Source: Octopus vulgaris (lineage: Eukaryota). From it: 64,000 nucleotides of DNA. Of this stretch, positions 1-11,984 are shown piece by piece. Made by a program: the position numbers and the translations under genes. The stretch is taken from NCBI GenBank assembly GCA_951406725.2, contig OX597815.1:161634001-161698000 (forward strand), written 5' to 3'. Positions within the stretch are counted from its first letter, which is position 1; every line of letters starts with the position of its first letter. The notes beneath the pieces are model-generated. The model searched no databases and had not been told where the DNA came from. It worked only from the letters and a program-made list of their open reading frames with translations.

Positions 1-34
1 TTAATCCCGGGCAAAGCCAGGTTATACTGTTAGT
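1..34 (+). mobile_element. 3' terminus of a non-autonomous Helitron (hairpin + decayed CTAG), truncated by the window edge
   Basis: cccgggcaaagccaggttatactgttag resembles the 3' end of the Helitrons at 24803 and 34207 read on their sense strand (cccgagcaatgctgggtgatactgctag; cctgagcaacgccgggcgatactgctag). Confidence 0.55.
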
Positions 35-88
35 TGTCACTAAATATGAATATATATATTCATATTTTGTGACATTCTCCATTTCCTT

Positions 89-155
<67 letters not shown>

Positions 156-177
156 CATGTATGTCTGTATATATATG

Positions 178-209
<32 letters not shown>

Positions 210-214
210 TGATG

Positions 215-258
<44 letters not shown>

Positions 259-312
259 TATATACATATATATATTATGTGTATGTATGTATATATATAT
301 ATTTATATGCAT
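89..312. repeat. (TA)n/(TATG)n microsatellite
   Basis: Direct sequence; source of the spurious YIYI ORFs. Confidence 0.95.
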
Positions 313-964
313 ACACATACGTACACGCAAAGACACATAAGATCTTTGTTTATTGTTTTGCTAAAAGTTGGACAGATTCAGAAATTTCCGCAAATTGCTT
401 TCTTCTTTAACAGTTATAAATGTAGACATCATTAACAATGACATAGAAATCTAACCATGAAAAGTAAAATGGTACCTATTTTAGCTTAATTGCAGAATAT
501 CTTGTTATGTACCTTAACTTTGTGTAAAATCAAACAAGAAATCAATACAAATCAATAGCTTGTGGTGTAAGTCATTATCTGATGTAGATTGATACCTGAT
601 GGTACAAATCTACACCTTTTAAAATAAATCAATATCTTGTGCTAATCAATATCTTATGGTACAAACAATACCAGTATATGGTGGTGCAATACCTTCAAGT
701 ACTAATCAATAAATATCTATATACAAATAAATAGAAATCATTCAATGCCTAGTCATATGAATGGATAGTAAGATGATACAAATCAATATCTGATAATCAA
801 AAAAAAAAGAAAATCGTTGTCTGTTTATATTAATTGTTACTTGGCCATGCAAATAAATAATGGATGTATTGTCTAGAATAATAACCTACAGAAGAGTAGA
901 GTGTTAGTTCACTGACACAATAGGATGTTGAGCCTCTGATTTCAAGTTCAGTAGTTCATAATCG

Positions 965-1212
965 GATGTGGCTGCATGGTAAAATATTTGTTTCCCAATC
1001 ATATGGTTTCAGATTCGAGCCTATTAGATGATGCCTTGGGCAACTATCTTCTACTATAGCCCCAGGCTGACTAAAAGCTTGAGCATGGATTTGTGGATTC
1101 GGGTGGTTGGTGTTAGGAATAGCATCCAACTGTAAAGATCACTAGCTTACCAGTCCTGGTGAAGCCATCTAACTCGTGCCAGCATGGGAAATGGACATTA
1201 AATGATCATGAT
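965..1212 (+). mobile_element. Decayed SINE family A head joined to an RTE-type 3' tail
   Basis: gtggctgcatggtaa...ccttgggcaa...cttctactatagcc, then ccagcatgggaaatggacattaaatgatcatgat. Confidence 0.6.
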
Positions 1213-1241
1213 ATATGTGTGTGCGTGTGTATGTATGTATG

Positions 1242-1290
<49 letters not shown>

Positions 1291-1449
1291 GGGTGTGTGT
1301 GATTTTGTATAGAAGAATATATTAATAAAAGGAATTCCAACCTTGTCTGATTTTCACATTTTATTTTCAATCTTATAATGATATAATATAAGATAATATA
1401 TTATAATAAAATAAAATAGAACAATAGAATGTTAAATGTTCATTCTGAT

Positions 1450-1494
1450 TGAACTAGTACTTTCATGCATTAAATTATGCAATCTTCAGGTTCA
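1450..1494 (-). ncRNA. Type I minimal hammerhead ribozyme motif (left arm)
   Basis: Exact reverse complement of 1549-1593. Confidence 0.75.
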
Positions 1495-1548
1495 TGTAGT
1501 AGTGGTGACCGTCAAAAATTGTGAAGCATGACTGTCACCACTACTACA

Positions 1549-1593
1549 TGAACCTGAAGATTGCATAATTTAATGCATGAAAGTACTAGTTCA
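1549..1593 (+). ncRNA. Type I minimal hammerhead ribozyme motif (right arm)
   Basis: tgaac-CTGAAGA-t-tgcat-aattta-atgca-t-GAAA-gtac-TA-gttca: 5-bp stem I, 5-bp stem II, palindromic stem III (AGTACT), CUA triplet, predicted cut after 1588. Confidence 0.75.
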
Positions 1594-1716
1594 ATCAGAA
1601 TGAACATTTAACATTCTATTATTCTATTTTATTTTATTATATTATATCATTATAAGATTGTAAATAAAACGTGAAAATCAGACAAGGTTGGAATTCCTTT
1701 TATTAATATATATATA

Positions 1717-2872
1717 TCATCATCATCATTTAACGTCCGCTTTCCATGCTAGCATGGGTTGGACGGTTCAACTGGGGTCTGGGGAGCCCGAAGGCTGCAC
1801 CAGTCCAGTCAGATCTGGCAGTGTTTCTACAGCTGGATGCCCTTCCTAACGCCAACCACTCCGAGAGTGTAGTGGGTGATTTTATGTGCCACCGACACAG
1901 GTGCCAGACGAGGCTGGCAAATGGCCATGCTCGGATGGTGTTTTTTATGTGCCACCGACACAGGTGCCAGACGAGGCTGGCAGACGGCCACGCTCGGATG
2001 GTGTTTTTATGTGCCACCGACACAGGTGCCAGATGAGGCTGGCAAACGGCCACAATAGGATGGTGTTTGTTACATGCCCACAGCACGGAGGCCAGTCGAT
2101 GCGGTACTGGCTACGGCCACGTTCGGATGGTTTTCTTGTGTGCCACCGGCACTGGTACCACAAAGATACAAATTCCATTGATGTTCATCTATTTTGATTT
2201 GTTTTGATTTGATTTTCACTTGCCTCAACAGGTCTTCACAAGTGTCACAAGAAGGAAGGTATGCACAGGTGGACTGACTATGTCCCAGGTAGGGGCCACG
2301 GGTTATGGCCTGACTAGTCTTGCCGGGTCTTCGGATGGTGTTTTTATGTGCCACCGACATAGGTGCCAGATGAGGCTGGCAAACGGCCACGATCGGATGG
2401 TGTTTGTTACGTGCCCACAGCACGGAGGCCAGTCGATGCGGTACTGGCTACGGCCACGTTCGGATGGTTTTCTTGTGTGCCACCGGCACTGGTACCACAA
2501 AGATACAAATTCCATTAATGTTCATCTATTTTATTTGTTTTGATTTGATTTGATTTGATTTGATTTGATTTGATTTTCACTTGCCTCAAGAGGTCTTCAC
2601 AAGTGTCACAAGAAGGAAGGTATGCACAGGTGGACTGACTACGTCCCAGGTAGGGCCCACAGGTTATGGCCTGGCAGGTCTTGCCGGGTCTTCGGATGGT
2701 GTTTTTATGTGCCACCGACACAGGTGCCAGATGAGGCTGGCGAACGGCCATGATCGGATGGTGTTTGTTACGTGCCCACAGCATGGAGGCCAGTCGGTGC
2801 GGTACTGGCTACGGCCACGTTCGGATGGTTCTCTTGTGTGCCACCGGCACGTGCCCACAGCACGGAGGCCAG
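1717..2872 (-). mobile_element. RTE-type LINE 3' UTR / derived non-autonomous retroposon with (ATG)n tail, 62-bp subrepeats and ~340-360-bp internal tandem duplications
   Basis: catcatcatttaacgtccgctttccatgctagcatggg tail is shared with the RT-bearing copy at 58963-60505; repeated units start near 1994, 2331 and 2692. Confidence 0.8.
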
Positions 2873-3189
2873 ATGTATGTATGTATGTATGTATGTATGA
2901 ATGCTTGGAATGAGGAGTAGATAGACAGCCAACAACTGTCAAAGGGTCCTTTCTTTGTGTTTACTTGTCCAGTTTTTCCATTTTTTTGTCTCGTTTATGC
3001 ATTTCATGTTATTTGCACTGTTGGTGATATCCTGTGCCCATATATGCATCTGTTTATTTCTGTGTTCCTTTCTGTTGTAGGCTTTCTGTTGTAAAAGACT
3101 TTCTCACTTCCCAAGCATTAAACTAATACATCTGTTTGTTGTTTATACACTCATCTTTGTCTTTTGTTCTGCATGTTTTTTGTATATAT

Positions 3190-3978
3190 ATCTTTGTGGT
3201 ACCAGTGCCGGTGACACACAAGAAAACCATCCGAACGTGGCCATAGCCAGTACCGCATCGACTGGCCTTCGTGCTGTAGGCACATAACAAACACCATCTG
3301 ATCGTGGCTGTTCGCCAGCCTCATCTAGCACCTGTGTCGGTGGCACATAAAAACACCATCCGAAGACCCGGCAAGACTAGTCAGGCCATAACCCGTGGTC
3401 CCTACCTGGGATGTAGTCAGTCCACCTGTGCATACCTTCCTTCTTGTGACACTTGTGAAGACCTGTTGAGGCAAGTGAAAATCAAAACAAATCAAAACAA
3501 ATCAAAATAGATGAACATCAATGGAATTTGTATCTTTGTGGTACCAGTGCCGGTGGCACACAAGAAAACCATCCGAACGTGGCCATAGCCAGTACCACAT
3601 CAACTGGCCCCGTGCTGTGGGCACGTAACAAACACCATCTGATCGTGGCCGTTCGCCAGCCTCATCTGGCACCTGCGTCGGTGACACATAAAAACACCAT
3701 CCGAGCGTGGCCGTCTGCCAGCCTCGTCTGGCACCTGTGTTGGTGGCACATAAAAAACACCATCCAAGCGTGGCCGTTCGCCAGCCTCGTCTGGCACCTG
3801 TGTCGGTGGCACATAAAATCACCCACTACACTCTCGGAGTGGTTGGCGTTAGGAAGGGCATCCAGCGGTAGAAACACTGCCAGATCTGACTGGCCTGGTG
3901 CAGCCTTCAGGCTCCCCAGACCCCAGTTGAACCTTCCAACCCATGCTAGCATGGAAAGCGGATGTTAAATGATGATGA

Positions 3979-3980
<2 letters not shown>
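3190..3980 (+). mobile_element. Second copy of the same RTE 3'-end family, inverted relative to 1717-2872
   Basis: Near-identical reverse complement, ending ...ggaaagcggatgttaaatgatgatgatg. Confidence 0.85.
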
Positions 3981-4023
<43 letters not shown>

Positions 4024-4025
<2 letters not shown>

Positions 4026-4226
4026 GTATCTCTCCTTGTTTCTTTCTCTCCTCTTTTTCTCTCCTTGTTTCTCTCCCTGTTTTTTTCTGTGTATCTTTCT
4101 GTCGAAGAGCGTAGGCTCGAAACGTAAAAGACTTTTTCTATTCCTGAGTGCTATACTAATACATTTGCTTGTTTGTACTCCACCTGCCTTCGTCTTTTGT
4201 TTATTTTCGTAAACTTTCCCTTTACA
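4024..4226 (+). mobile_element. Short (TA)n-embedded repeat with a hammerhead-like motif at 4094-4131; decayed relatives at ~3055-3185 and ~27745-27935
   Basis: tcttt-CTGTCGA-a-gagc-gtag-gctc-GAAA-cg-TA-aaaga; shared downstream taaaagacttt...actaatacat...tgtttgt...gtcttttgttt in all three copies. Confidence 0.6.
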
Positions 4227-4754
4227 TATATATATATATTATTTATAGGTGCAGGCATGGCTGTGTAGTAAGAAGCTAAAAGTGTTTTGGTTAATGTAGT
4301 CTCTGGAAATAGATGAGATAGCCAATGCAGTGAATATTTTTAATCAAGGGTTTCTTCAATCAAAGTTAACCTATGTTTAAACAACGGCAAAAATCACATG
4401 CGATGGAGGATACATTTGCATATTTTTTTCTTAATTGTTCATTTTACCTAATGTTGACATTGAATAAGCAATAAGCAAAATTTGTTGGCAAATTCCGCAG
4501 TTTTTAGAGCTGGCATTGATATTTTGTCAACTTGTGTTGACATTTTGACAGCCAGCATCAATGTTTTATCAGTTGGTACTGACATGATATCAATTGTCTT
4601 GACATTTTATTGGTTTCTACTGTCACTTAGCCAAATTTCTTTGACATTTTATAAAGCTATATTTTTTTTTTTTCAGAATTGTGTTGACTCTTCATTGGTG
4701 GTTTTGTCAAATTACATCAATGTTTTTATTGGTTTCTGTTAATGCTTTGATCAG

Positions 4755-5280
4755 CATGAAGCACTAGTCAAAATGTATCTAATATATGTTATCTGTGGAG
4801 ATAGAACATTTACTCTCTGCCATATATGCACACTGACATTGTACATCCAGTGGAGCATGCTGGCTTCATTAATTTCAAGCCTTTACATGTCCTCTTCAGT
4901 CACAACCTATGTTTCACTGCTACATAGCATAGTTGTTCATACACAAGCATCATAAAATCTGCCTTTCACTCTGTTACCAAAGCTCTTTGAACTTTACCCT
5001 TCCCGTTCTTATTGTAGCAACTATGCTTTCAGAGCATCCGACTCCACTGCTAACTTGATTGCCTAAGGAACGGAAACTACCAAATACTTTTAAGGCTCCT
5101 CACCAGACATGAGAAGAAGTCTATTTCCTGTACATTCTTAATTTCTTTTCCTTTGGATAACATCAGTGGCATGGAGAGGGGAGGCTTGTATGCATGGGTG
5201 ACTGCTGGTATTCCATAAATAACCTTAGCCAGATTTGTACCTCAGAAGGGAACTTTCTAGGTGCAATCCCATGGTCATTC
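4755..5280 (-). pseudogene. Decayed RTE LINE RT fragment
   Basis: Homologous to 59800-60150 (cactgacatt..catccag.gga.catgct.gcttcatt; ctacctttcactctg; ccactactaacttg). Confidence 0.6.
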
Positions 5281-5296
5281 TATCTATCTATCAATG

Positions 5297-5355
<59 letters not shown>

Positions 5356-5436
5356 ATCTCTATCTATCTATGAATGAATGTATGTATGTATATACATGTA
5401 TGTATGTCTTTATATATGTATGTATGTATGTATATA

Positions 5437-6297
5437 ATGGGTCATCCCATAAATAATACATTCTTTTTATATTTCTTTTATATGTTTCAAAATTAATATA
5501 AACAAAGTTCTTTTTTAATCTAAAATATACTCTCCTTCATTTTCTACAATGCCCTTCCATCTGTCCAAAATTCACTTGTCTGTGACAAAAAATACCACTC
5601 CAGTACTATTCTGACCTCATCTACAGAATTCACGCTTTTCCCATCTAAATGATTTTGAAGATTGCAGTATAAAAAATAATCAAATGGGGCAATGTCCAGT
5701 GAATATGGTGGGTGGGGCATCGTTTACCTTTCAAACTGCTCCAACCATTGGAATGTCAACCTCACTGTATGTGGCCAAGCATTATTCTAATGGAAGAACA
5801 CTTTTTGTCTTGAAACCAAAGATGGTCCTTTTTTCTTCTTGTGTTGACTTTGGCCACTCAAACTGCTTGCAATAGATTCCCTTTGTTATTGTTTGGTTTG
5901 GTTTTAAAAGTTCAAAGTGGACTAAACCTTTCATATCCCACCAGACAGATAACAACACCTTAAGTGGGTGAAGACCTTCTTCATCGTTGTATGTTGATGT
6001 TTCTACTTTCCCTACCCACTCTCTTTGGCACTTAACATTTTTATAGAGAGCCTCTTTTTCATCATCAGTCACTATTCAGTCCAAAAAAGGGTCTTTCGTG
6101 AAACATGACAGCACATCCCACCAAAGAGATAACAACACCTTAAGTGGGTGAAGACCTTCTTCAGCGTGGTATGTTGGTATTTCTCCTTTCACCCTACCTA
6201 CTCTCTTCAGCACTTAACATTTTTGTAGAGAGCCCATTTTTCGTCACCAGTTACTATTCCGTCCCAAAAAGGGTAATTCATGAAACTTGACAGCACA
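5437..6297 (-). mobile_element. 5'-truncated mariner (DD34D) copy with an internal ~180-bp tandem duplication
   Basis: TIR atgggtcatcccataaataat; ORF 5782-6072 GLHPLKVLLSVWWDMKGLVHFELLKPNQTIT; segment ~5935-6114 is repeated at ~6115-6297. Confidence 0.85.
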
Positions 6298-6448
6298 TTA
6301 GTAAGAAATGAATATTGTCCCTTTTCTATTATCATTTTTTCTCTTTTTTTCTGAGATCTGGTTGACTAAATTTACCAGAATTTACTAGTGGCATTTAGTG
6401 GGTGAATTAGGGATCTTTCAGAATGGAATTTGACTGCTAAAACAAAAC

Positions 6449-6645
6449 TAACCCTTTAGCATTCAGATTACTCTGCCAAATGTAGTGCTTTCTGAATTAA
6501 TCATGCATTATCTCATAGCTTGAAGATTTCAATGATGTGTTTTTAGAATGACATTGTAGGGTAGGTGTGAGAGGCCAGATCTAGATGGTTTGAACATAGC
6601 ACAGGTAGAATATCTGGTCTGGCTGTGACTGGTTTAAATGCAAAG
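6449..6645. mobile_element. piggyBac-type MITE (decayed), same family as 7864-8090
   Basis: taaccctttagcattcagatt start; reverse-complement homology to 7864-8090. Confidence 0.55.
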
Positions 6646-7435
6646 TATCATTTTTCAGACAAAAATGAGACAGGTACACTGATGGAATTTTTACTTACTG
6701 TTCTTTAATTCAGGAGACTGGCAGGGACTGGCAGATATTCTTTCATGTAATTAGAAATGTCATCAACAGTCACTTATCTAAATACATGGTTAAGGCCTGT
6801 TTCTCTTTCCTATTTTAAATTGTAATATTGATTATCACTTAACATTTTGTTTAGTTCATCTGAAGCATATCACTTTCCAGGATACTAATTCAGGCAGACA
6901 TTGAAGTATTTCTCAATCTTTTGCATATGTTTTTGCAAATATTTGTGAATATGTATGCAACCAAAAGTCTCTTGATTAATCACAAAACAGCTTTCAGTTT
7001 TGGTTAGAATTTTTAAGATATGCTAGAGATAAGAAAGAGAAAGAGAAACAGAGCTAATATGTAAATTAGCAGGCAAAAGAATAAATTATAACAATTCCTT
7101 TAGCAAAACCATGGAAATTTATTATGACTAAAACACTGAAAACAGATTAGAAATAAAGCTCAAGTAGTCAAGATTTTGAAGATAGAGAGAGAATTGTTTG
7201 AGATAATTAAAGTCTGATAAACAATAAGATAATAGTTTGACCAAAAAACATTGAGTCACAATTATATTTTTTCATAATGTAGTGACATTTCAGTTTAAAA
7301 ATACCATGTCATCAGTACTGCACAGGTTAGGAATCCAGTGATTTGGCAGCAGAGTATAAAAGAACTGGACAAAGAATGAAACAGTGACTAGCAGGAATTT
7401 ATTCCTGAATAAATAATTGCATGGTAACATACATA

Positions 7436-7838
7436 CAGAAGTGACTGTGTGGTAAGTAGCTTGCTTACCAACCACATGGTCCCAGGTTCAGTCCCACTGC
7501 ATGGCACCTTGGGCAAGTGTCTTCTAGTATAGCCTCAGGCCAACCAAAGCCTTGTGAGGGGATTTGGCAAATGGAAACTGGAAGAAGCCCGTCATATATG
7601 TATATATATGTATGTATGTGTGTATATGTTTGTGTGTCTGTGTTTGTCCCCCCAACATCGCTTGGCAACCGATGCTGGTGTTTACGTCCCTGTAAGTAAG
7701 CAGTTCGGCAAAAGACACCGATAGAATAAGTACTAGGCTTACAAAGAATAAGCTCTGGAATCGATTTGCTCGACTAAAGGCGGTGCTCCAGCATGGCCAA
7801 AGTCAAATAACTGAAACAAGTAAAGGAGTAAAAGAGTA
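7436..7838 (+). mobile_element. tRNA-derived SINE family A (CORE-like; resembles octopus OR2-type), full length with internal TA/TG microsatellite
   Basis: A-box-like gtg.ctgtgtggtaag, B-box-like ggttcagtccc, core accttgggcaagtgtcttcta, tail (taaaagag)n. Confidence 0.8.
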
Positions 7839-7863
7839 ACATATAGATATTCCTATCCAACTG

Positions 7864-8090
7864 TTAACTCTTTAGTATTTAATCCTGCCATATCCAGCCA
7901 AAATATTCCACCTGTTTTATGTTCAAACTAACCAGATGTGGTTTCTCACACCTACCTTACAATGTTATTCTAAAATATTAACAGTTACCTCTTCAAAATC
8001 TTAGCTACAAGATAACGCATGATTAATTCAAAACAATGTGAAAAAATAAGCGTTACTTTTGACAGAAGAATGTGAATTCTAAAGTGTTAA
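7864..8090. mobile_element. piggyBac-type MITE with TTAA flanks; third partial copy at ~29705-29880
   Basis: ttaa-ctctttag ... ctaaagtg-ttaa terminal inverted repeats. Confidence 0.6.
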
Positions 8091-8442
8091 ATTTCTCCAG
8101 TTAGAATCTTTGAATAGCCATATCTGTTCTTAAGTATTAGACAAATTTCCTGAATTTGTTTACTTCATTTCTTCATCAGTAGAAAAAATTGTCATAATAT
8201 AATTCATAAACAAACAGAATTTCTTTTGTGCTATAACTTCTATCCTTGTAAGAATAAGTTGGGGGATTTGAAGAAATTTGACATTCAGTAGTAGTACTGT
8301 TAAAAAGCTTGCTTCCCAATCACATGGTTACAGGTTCAGTCTCACTGCAAGGCACCTTGGGCAAGTGCCTTCAAATACTGCCCCAGGCCTTGTGAGTGGA
8401 TTGATAGACAAAAACTGGAAAACGCAATCATATATATATATA

Positions 8443-9733
8443 TTGGGTCATCACATATATAATGCACTTTTTTCAATTGCATGAACTAAAAGTCGAAGGG
8501 GAATGGGATAAACTACCTGCATCAACTTGCTATAACAGCAGGTAGTAATTTTACCTTGTACTTATTCTTAGTGCAAGTTTTGAAGAGTGCACTTCGATTT
8601 TAACAGTTATTTTCCCAAAGCTATAATGGAAGTGACAAAGGAGCATATTTGGCATATTTTGCTTTATGAGTTCAATAAAGACAACAATGGAACAGAAAGT
8701 GCGAGGAATATTAATGCAGTATATGGGGATCAGTTATTAAGAGTAAGCCAGTATCAACAGTGGTTCCTAAAATTCTGAGCTAGAAACTACAGCCTAGAAG
8801 ACAAGCCTCATCCTGGAAGATCTGTAGAGTGCAACGAGGATGTCCTGCAAACCCTAGTGGAACAAAATCCCATTGTAAACTTTGAGGAACTAGCTGAGAA
8901 GCTCGGATTGGATCGTTCAGACATTCATTGACACCTGCATGACATTTAAAAAGTCAGCAAATTGGGTTGATGGGTTCCTCACAAATTTTCCGAGTCTAAT
9001 TGCACACAGAGAGTGAATTTGTGCTCTTCTTTACTGTCACATCTCATGAATGAACCTTTTTTGGACTGAATAGTGACTAGTGATGAGACATGGGTTCTCT
9101 ATAAAAAAATGCCAAGCACCAAAGACAGTGAGTAGTGAAAGGAGAAACACTGGCACTCCAGGTTAAGGAAGGTCTTCACTCACGTAAAGTGTTGTCATCT
9201 GTCTGGTGGGATATGAAAGGTTTAGTCCACTTTGAACTTTTAAACCCAAACCAAATAATAACAAAGGAGATCTACTGCGAGCAGCTTAACTGGCTTAAGT
9301 CAGTGCTTGAAGGAAAACGACTGTCTTTGGTTTCAAGACAAAAGGTGCTCTTCCATCAGGATAATACTCAGCAACATACTGTGAGGATGACATTCTAAAG
9401 GCTGAAGCAGTTTGAATAGGAAACGATGCCCCACCCACCATATTTGCCAGACATTGCCCCCTTCTGATTATCATTTATTCCACTGTTTCCAAAATCTTTT
9501 GGGCAGAAAAAATATGAATTCTGTAGAGGAGGTCGAAACAGTACTGGAGGAGCATTATTTGTCAAGGACAAGTGAATTTTGGAAGAGGGGCCTTGCAAGT
9601 CTACCAGATAGATGGAAGGGCATTGTAGAAAATAAAGGAGAGTATAGTTTAGATTAAAAAAGAACTTTGTTTCTTTTAATTTTGAAAAATAAATGAAGTA
9701 TAAAAAACCCGTATTATTCATGGGATGATCCAA
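8443..9733 (+). mobile_element. Full-length (~1.29 kb) mariner element inserted in (TA)n
   Basis: TIRs ttgggtcatcacatatataatgc / gtattattcatgggatgatccaa with TA flanks; typical mariner length. Confidence 0.92.
8626..9657 (+). pseudogene. mariner transposase pseudogene (stops and frameshifts)
   Basis: MEVTKEHIWHILLYEF; WVPH; TSDETW; VWWDMKGLVHFELL; FHQDN; PSDYHLF; FWKRGLASLPDRW. Confidence 0.9.
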
Positions 9734-9999
9734 TATATAAATATATATATATATTGATATGCAGACATACACACACACACACATACAAATACATGTGTGT
9801 GGATGTGTATGTGTGTTTGTGCATGTGCATGTATATATATCTATATATATGTAGATATATGCACACACACACACACAAACATAATATGTACATGTAATAT
9901 ACATATAGGCCGTGATTTCCAAAATGGAAGTGAACAAAATTGTTAAGACTCTAGGATATTTTCCTACTTCTCTTAACATGAAACCTATATATGTGTATG

Positions 10000-10039
<40 letters not shown>

Positions 10040-10097
10040 CACACATCTATATATATATGTATATATATACATATATAAATATATATATATCTATCTA

Positions 10098-10142
<45 letters not shown>

Positions 10143-10166
10143 TTACACATATATATAGATAGATAG

Positions 10167-10198
<32 letters not shown>

Positions 10199-10205
10199 CA
10201 TATAT

Positions 10206-10274
<69 letters not shown>

Positions 10275-10551
10275 ACGGATTTCTTTCAGTTTCTACCTAT
10301 CAATTCCACTCACAAAGCATATTATCTTTTCCTTTCTGTATTCTTGAAATATTTATCGCAATTCCTTGTTCTGTTATTCCAACTTTAAAATATTTCTCAG
10401 AAGAAGTCAAAAGAAGTAAACAAGATTAAATGAATAAATAAATAAATAAATAAATAAAGCAATAGGAAAGATATTAAGATAATTGCCATGACATCTCTCT
10501 GAATTTACAAATGATTTCCCTTATCAACTACAATGGTCTGTCTGTCTTGTC

Positions 10552-10554
<3 letters not shown>

Positions 10555-10623
<69 letters not shown>
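10555..10623. repeat. (ATT)n microsatellite
   Basis: Direct sequence. Confidence 0.95.
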
Positions 10624-10779
10624 CAATAGTATATATATTATATATAATATATGCAGGCACCTGCATCACACAAATACATGCACATACGCACACATACGCA
10701 CACATATGCACATACACATATACATATATCTATGTACATACTAACATAGACAATTTCTTATATCCACTCACAAACACAT

Positions 10780-10815
<36 letters not shown>

Positions 10816-11251
10816 ATGTGTGCACGCATACACACACACACACACGTGCATGTGTGCACGCATACACACACACATACACACACACACACATACACACACC
10901 CACATTGATATACAGACAGATTTAACACTAATTTATCTTGTCTTTGTTAAGAATTAATCAAATCATCGTTATTTATAGCAACAAAAACCTAGTCTCTGTA
11001 ATTTATCATAGATCATTTGTCATCTCAATAATAACTATAGCTATTTAATAATCTCAGTACGTAGCCTTTTCAAAATCCATTGTTAACAGAAATGTATTTG
11101 AATGGAAGATGAAATGTAAGCATCAACAACCTTCTATGTGTTGTTGTTGCGATTATTATCATCATTATCATTATTATCATTATTATTGTTGTTGTTGTTG
11201 CTGCTGCTGCTGTTGTTGTTGTTGTTGTTGTTACCATTGTTATTATTTACT

Positions 11252-11508
11252 AAGGTGGTGAGCTGGTAGAATTGTTAGCATGCTGGATGAAATGCTTAGC
11301 AGTATTTCGCCCTTCGCTATGTTCTGAGTTCAAATTCTGCTGATGTCGAATTGGCTTTTCATCGATTCAGGGTCGATAAGTTACGTGCCAGTTGTGTACT
11401 GGGGGTCGATCTAATCAACTGGGCCCCTCGCTTAAAATTTCAGGACTTGTGCCTATAGGAGAAAGGATTGCTATTACTGTTGTTGTTGTTATTGTTGTTG
11501 TTGTTGTT

Positions 11509-11561
<53 letters not shown>

Positions 11562-11980
11562 CATCATTATTATTATTTCTAAGGCGGTGAGCTGGCAGAA
11601 ACGTTATCACCCCAGGCGAAATGCTTAGCGGTATTTTGTTTGCCGCTACGTTCTGAGTTCAAATTCCGCTGAGGTCGACTTTGCCTATCATCCTTTCAGA
11701 GTCGATAAATTAAGGACCAGTTACACACTGGGGTCAATATAATCGACTTAATCTGTTTGTCCTTGTTTGTCCTCTCTGTGTTTATCCCCTTGGGGGTAGT
11801 AAAGAAGTAGGTATTTAGGCCTTCACTATGTTCTGAGTTCAAATTCCTCTGAGGTCGACTTTGCCTTTCATCCTTTCAGGGTCGATAAATTAAGTACTAG
11901 TGAAACAGTGGGGTTGATGTAATTGATTGGTGCCCTCCCCACAAATTTCAGGCCTTGTGCCTATTGTAGAAAGGATTATT
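11252..11980 (+). mobile_element. Cluster of SINE family B copies (Nin/Deu-like domain; resembles octopus OR1-type) around a (GTT)n tract
   Basis: ggcggtgagctggcagaa head; ttctgagttcaaattcc B-box; gaggtcgactttgcctttcatcctttcggggtcgataaattaagtaccag domain. Confidence 0.8.
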
Positions 11981-11984
11981 ACAA

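Larger units (their letters stand above)
1317..1711. repeat. ~395-bp fold-back palindrome (arms 1317-1514 and 1529-1711, 14-nt loop) with a hammerhead in each arm; Penelope-derived
   Basis: Arms are near-perfect reverse complements (ggaattccaaccttgtctgattttcac ... gtgaaaatcagacaaggttggaattcc); lies in a (TA)n context. Confidence 0.9.

Noticed and set aside
1880-2070. 62-bp periodic repeats as a CRISPR-like array
   Set aside because: Units are contiguous tandem copies without unique spacers; the context is a eukaryotic LINE UTR with no cas genes.
3705-3820. HDV-like ribozyme in ggccgttcgccagcctcgtctggc
   Set aside because: Only superficial similarity to HDV P3/L3; no complementary P1 3' strand or P2 closure could be found.
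1730-3968. Overlapping Cys/His-rich ORFs (CHRHRC repeats) resembling metal-binding proteins
   Set aside because: They arise in all frames from the 62-bp subrepeat of an RTE 3' UTR.
7436-7500. tRNA genes at SINE heads
   Set aside because: A/B-box-like motifs only; they are followed by SINE bodies and do not form complete cloverleaves.
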